DNA of 64,000 bases, from NCBI GenBank assembly GCA_050012075.1, contig JBEKHW010000003.1, forward strand, positions 14,690-78,689, in the 5' to 3' direction. The notes below the pieces were generated by a model. It searched no databases, was not told where the DNA came from, and was given only the letters and a program-made list of their open reading frames with translations. Below, piece by piece: positions 63,924 to 64,000 of this stretch (position 1 is the stretch's first letter; every line of letters begins with the position of its first letter). The position numbers and the translations under genes are program-made. The stretch comes from Candidatus Omnitrophota bacterium (GTDB taxonomy: Bacteria > Omnitrophota > Gorgyraeia > Gygaellales > Profunditerraquicolaceae).

Positions 63924-64000
63924 TTATTTTGTTAAAATTTCAGGGCCTTTCTCCGTAATCGCGACGGTATGCTCAAAATGCGCAGAGGCAAGCCCGTCTT
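63924..64000 (-). CDS. map: Methionine aminopeptidase, C-terminal fragment (the rest lies beyond the window end)
   Basis: Manual translation of the minus strand gives ...[24 protein letters not shown]. Confidence 0.7.
   Translation of the reverse strand, partial: DGLASAHFEHTVAITEKGPEILTK

Overview
This 64 kb window is from a bacterial chromosome, and every gene I can support is on the minus strand, with many 4-20 nt overlaps that indicate long operons. From high to low coordinates the window contains the following:
(a) The ribosomal alpha-operon tail (map', infA, rpmJ, rpsM, rpsK, rpsD, rpoA, rplQ).
(b) An aminotransferase, then leuC-pilT-leuD with a PilT gene inserted between leuC and leuD, an isocitrate/isopropylmalate-type dehydrogenase, mdh, lpdA, lipB and a lipoyl-domain protein.
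(c) A roughly 11 kb specialised-lipid biosynthetic operon. It is headed by an Xis/MerR-like HTH and contains a degenerate AAR-like paralog, a PlsC-like acyltransferase, an SRPBCC domain fused to a cyanobacterial-type acyl-ACP reductase homolog, and an embedded histidine kinase plus receiver. It continues with FabG, a catalytically dead KS (CLF-like), ACP, FabZ and two active KS, is interrupted by an AbiEii-nucleotidyltransferase/HTH pair, and ends with two CrtI-family FAD oxidoreductases and a second paralogous 7TM-GAF kinase.
(d) An AT-rich stretch encoding a secreted lipase, a TPR protein and a secreted Ig-like protein.
(e) A hybrid T2SS/T4P machine: GspE, GspF, GspG/H/I/J/K pseudopilins, PilM-N, PilO, ExeA, a PilP/GspC-like protein and a secretin.
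(f) A receiver, a GAF-HD-GYP protein, a lipid glycosylation/acylation operon, pcm and cobO.
(g) A B12 salvage locus with two cobalamin riboswitches: btuFCD-cobC-cobU-cobT-cobS plus a PP-loop ATPase, then riboswitch-btuB-tonB.
(h) rpsU (missed by the ORF track), a TIM-barrel sugar-phosphate isomerase, a MEMO1-like protein and a partial DUF1844 gene.
The most novel candidates are the AAR-containing lipid operon and a family of about 80 bp GTTCAT/ATGAAC palindromic elements sitting in the 5' leaders of pilT and rpoA.
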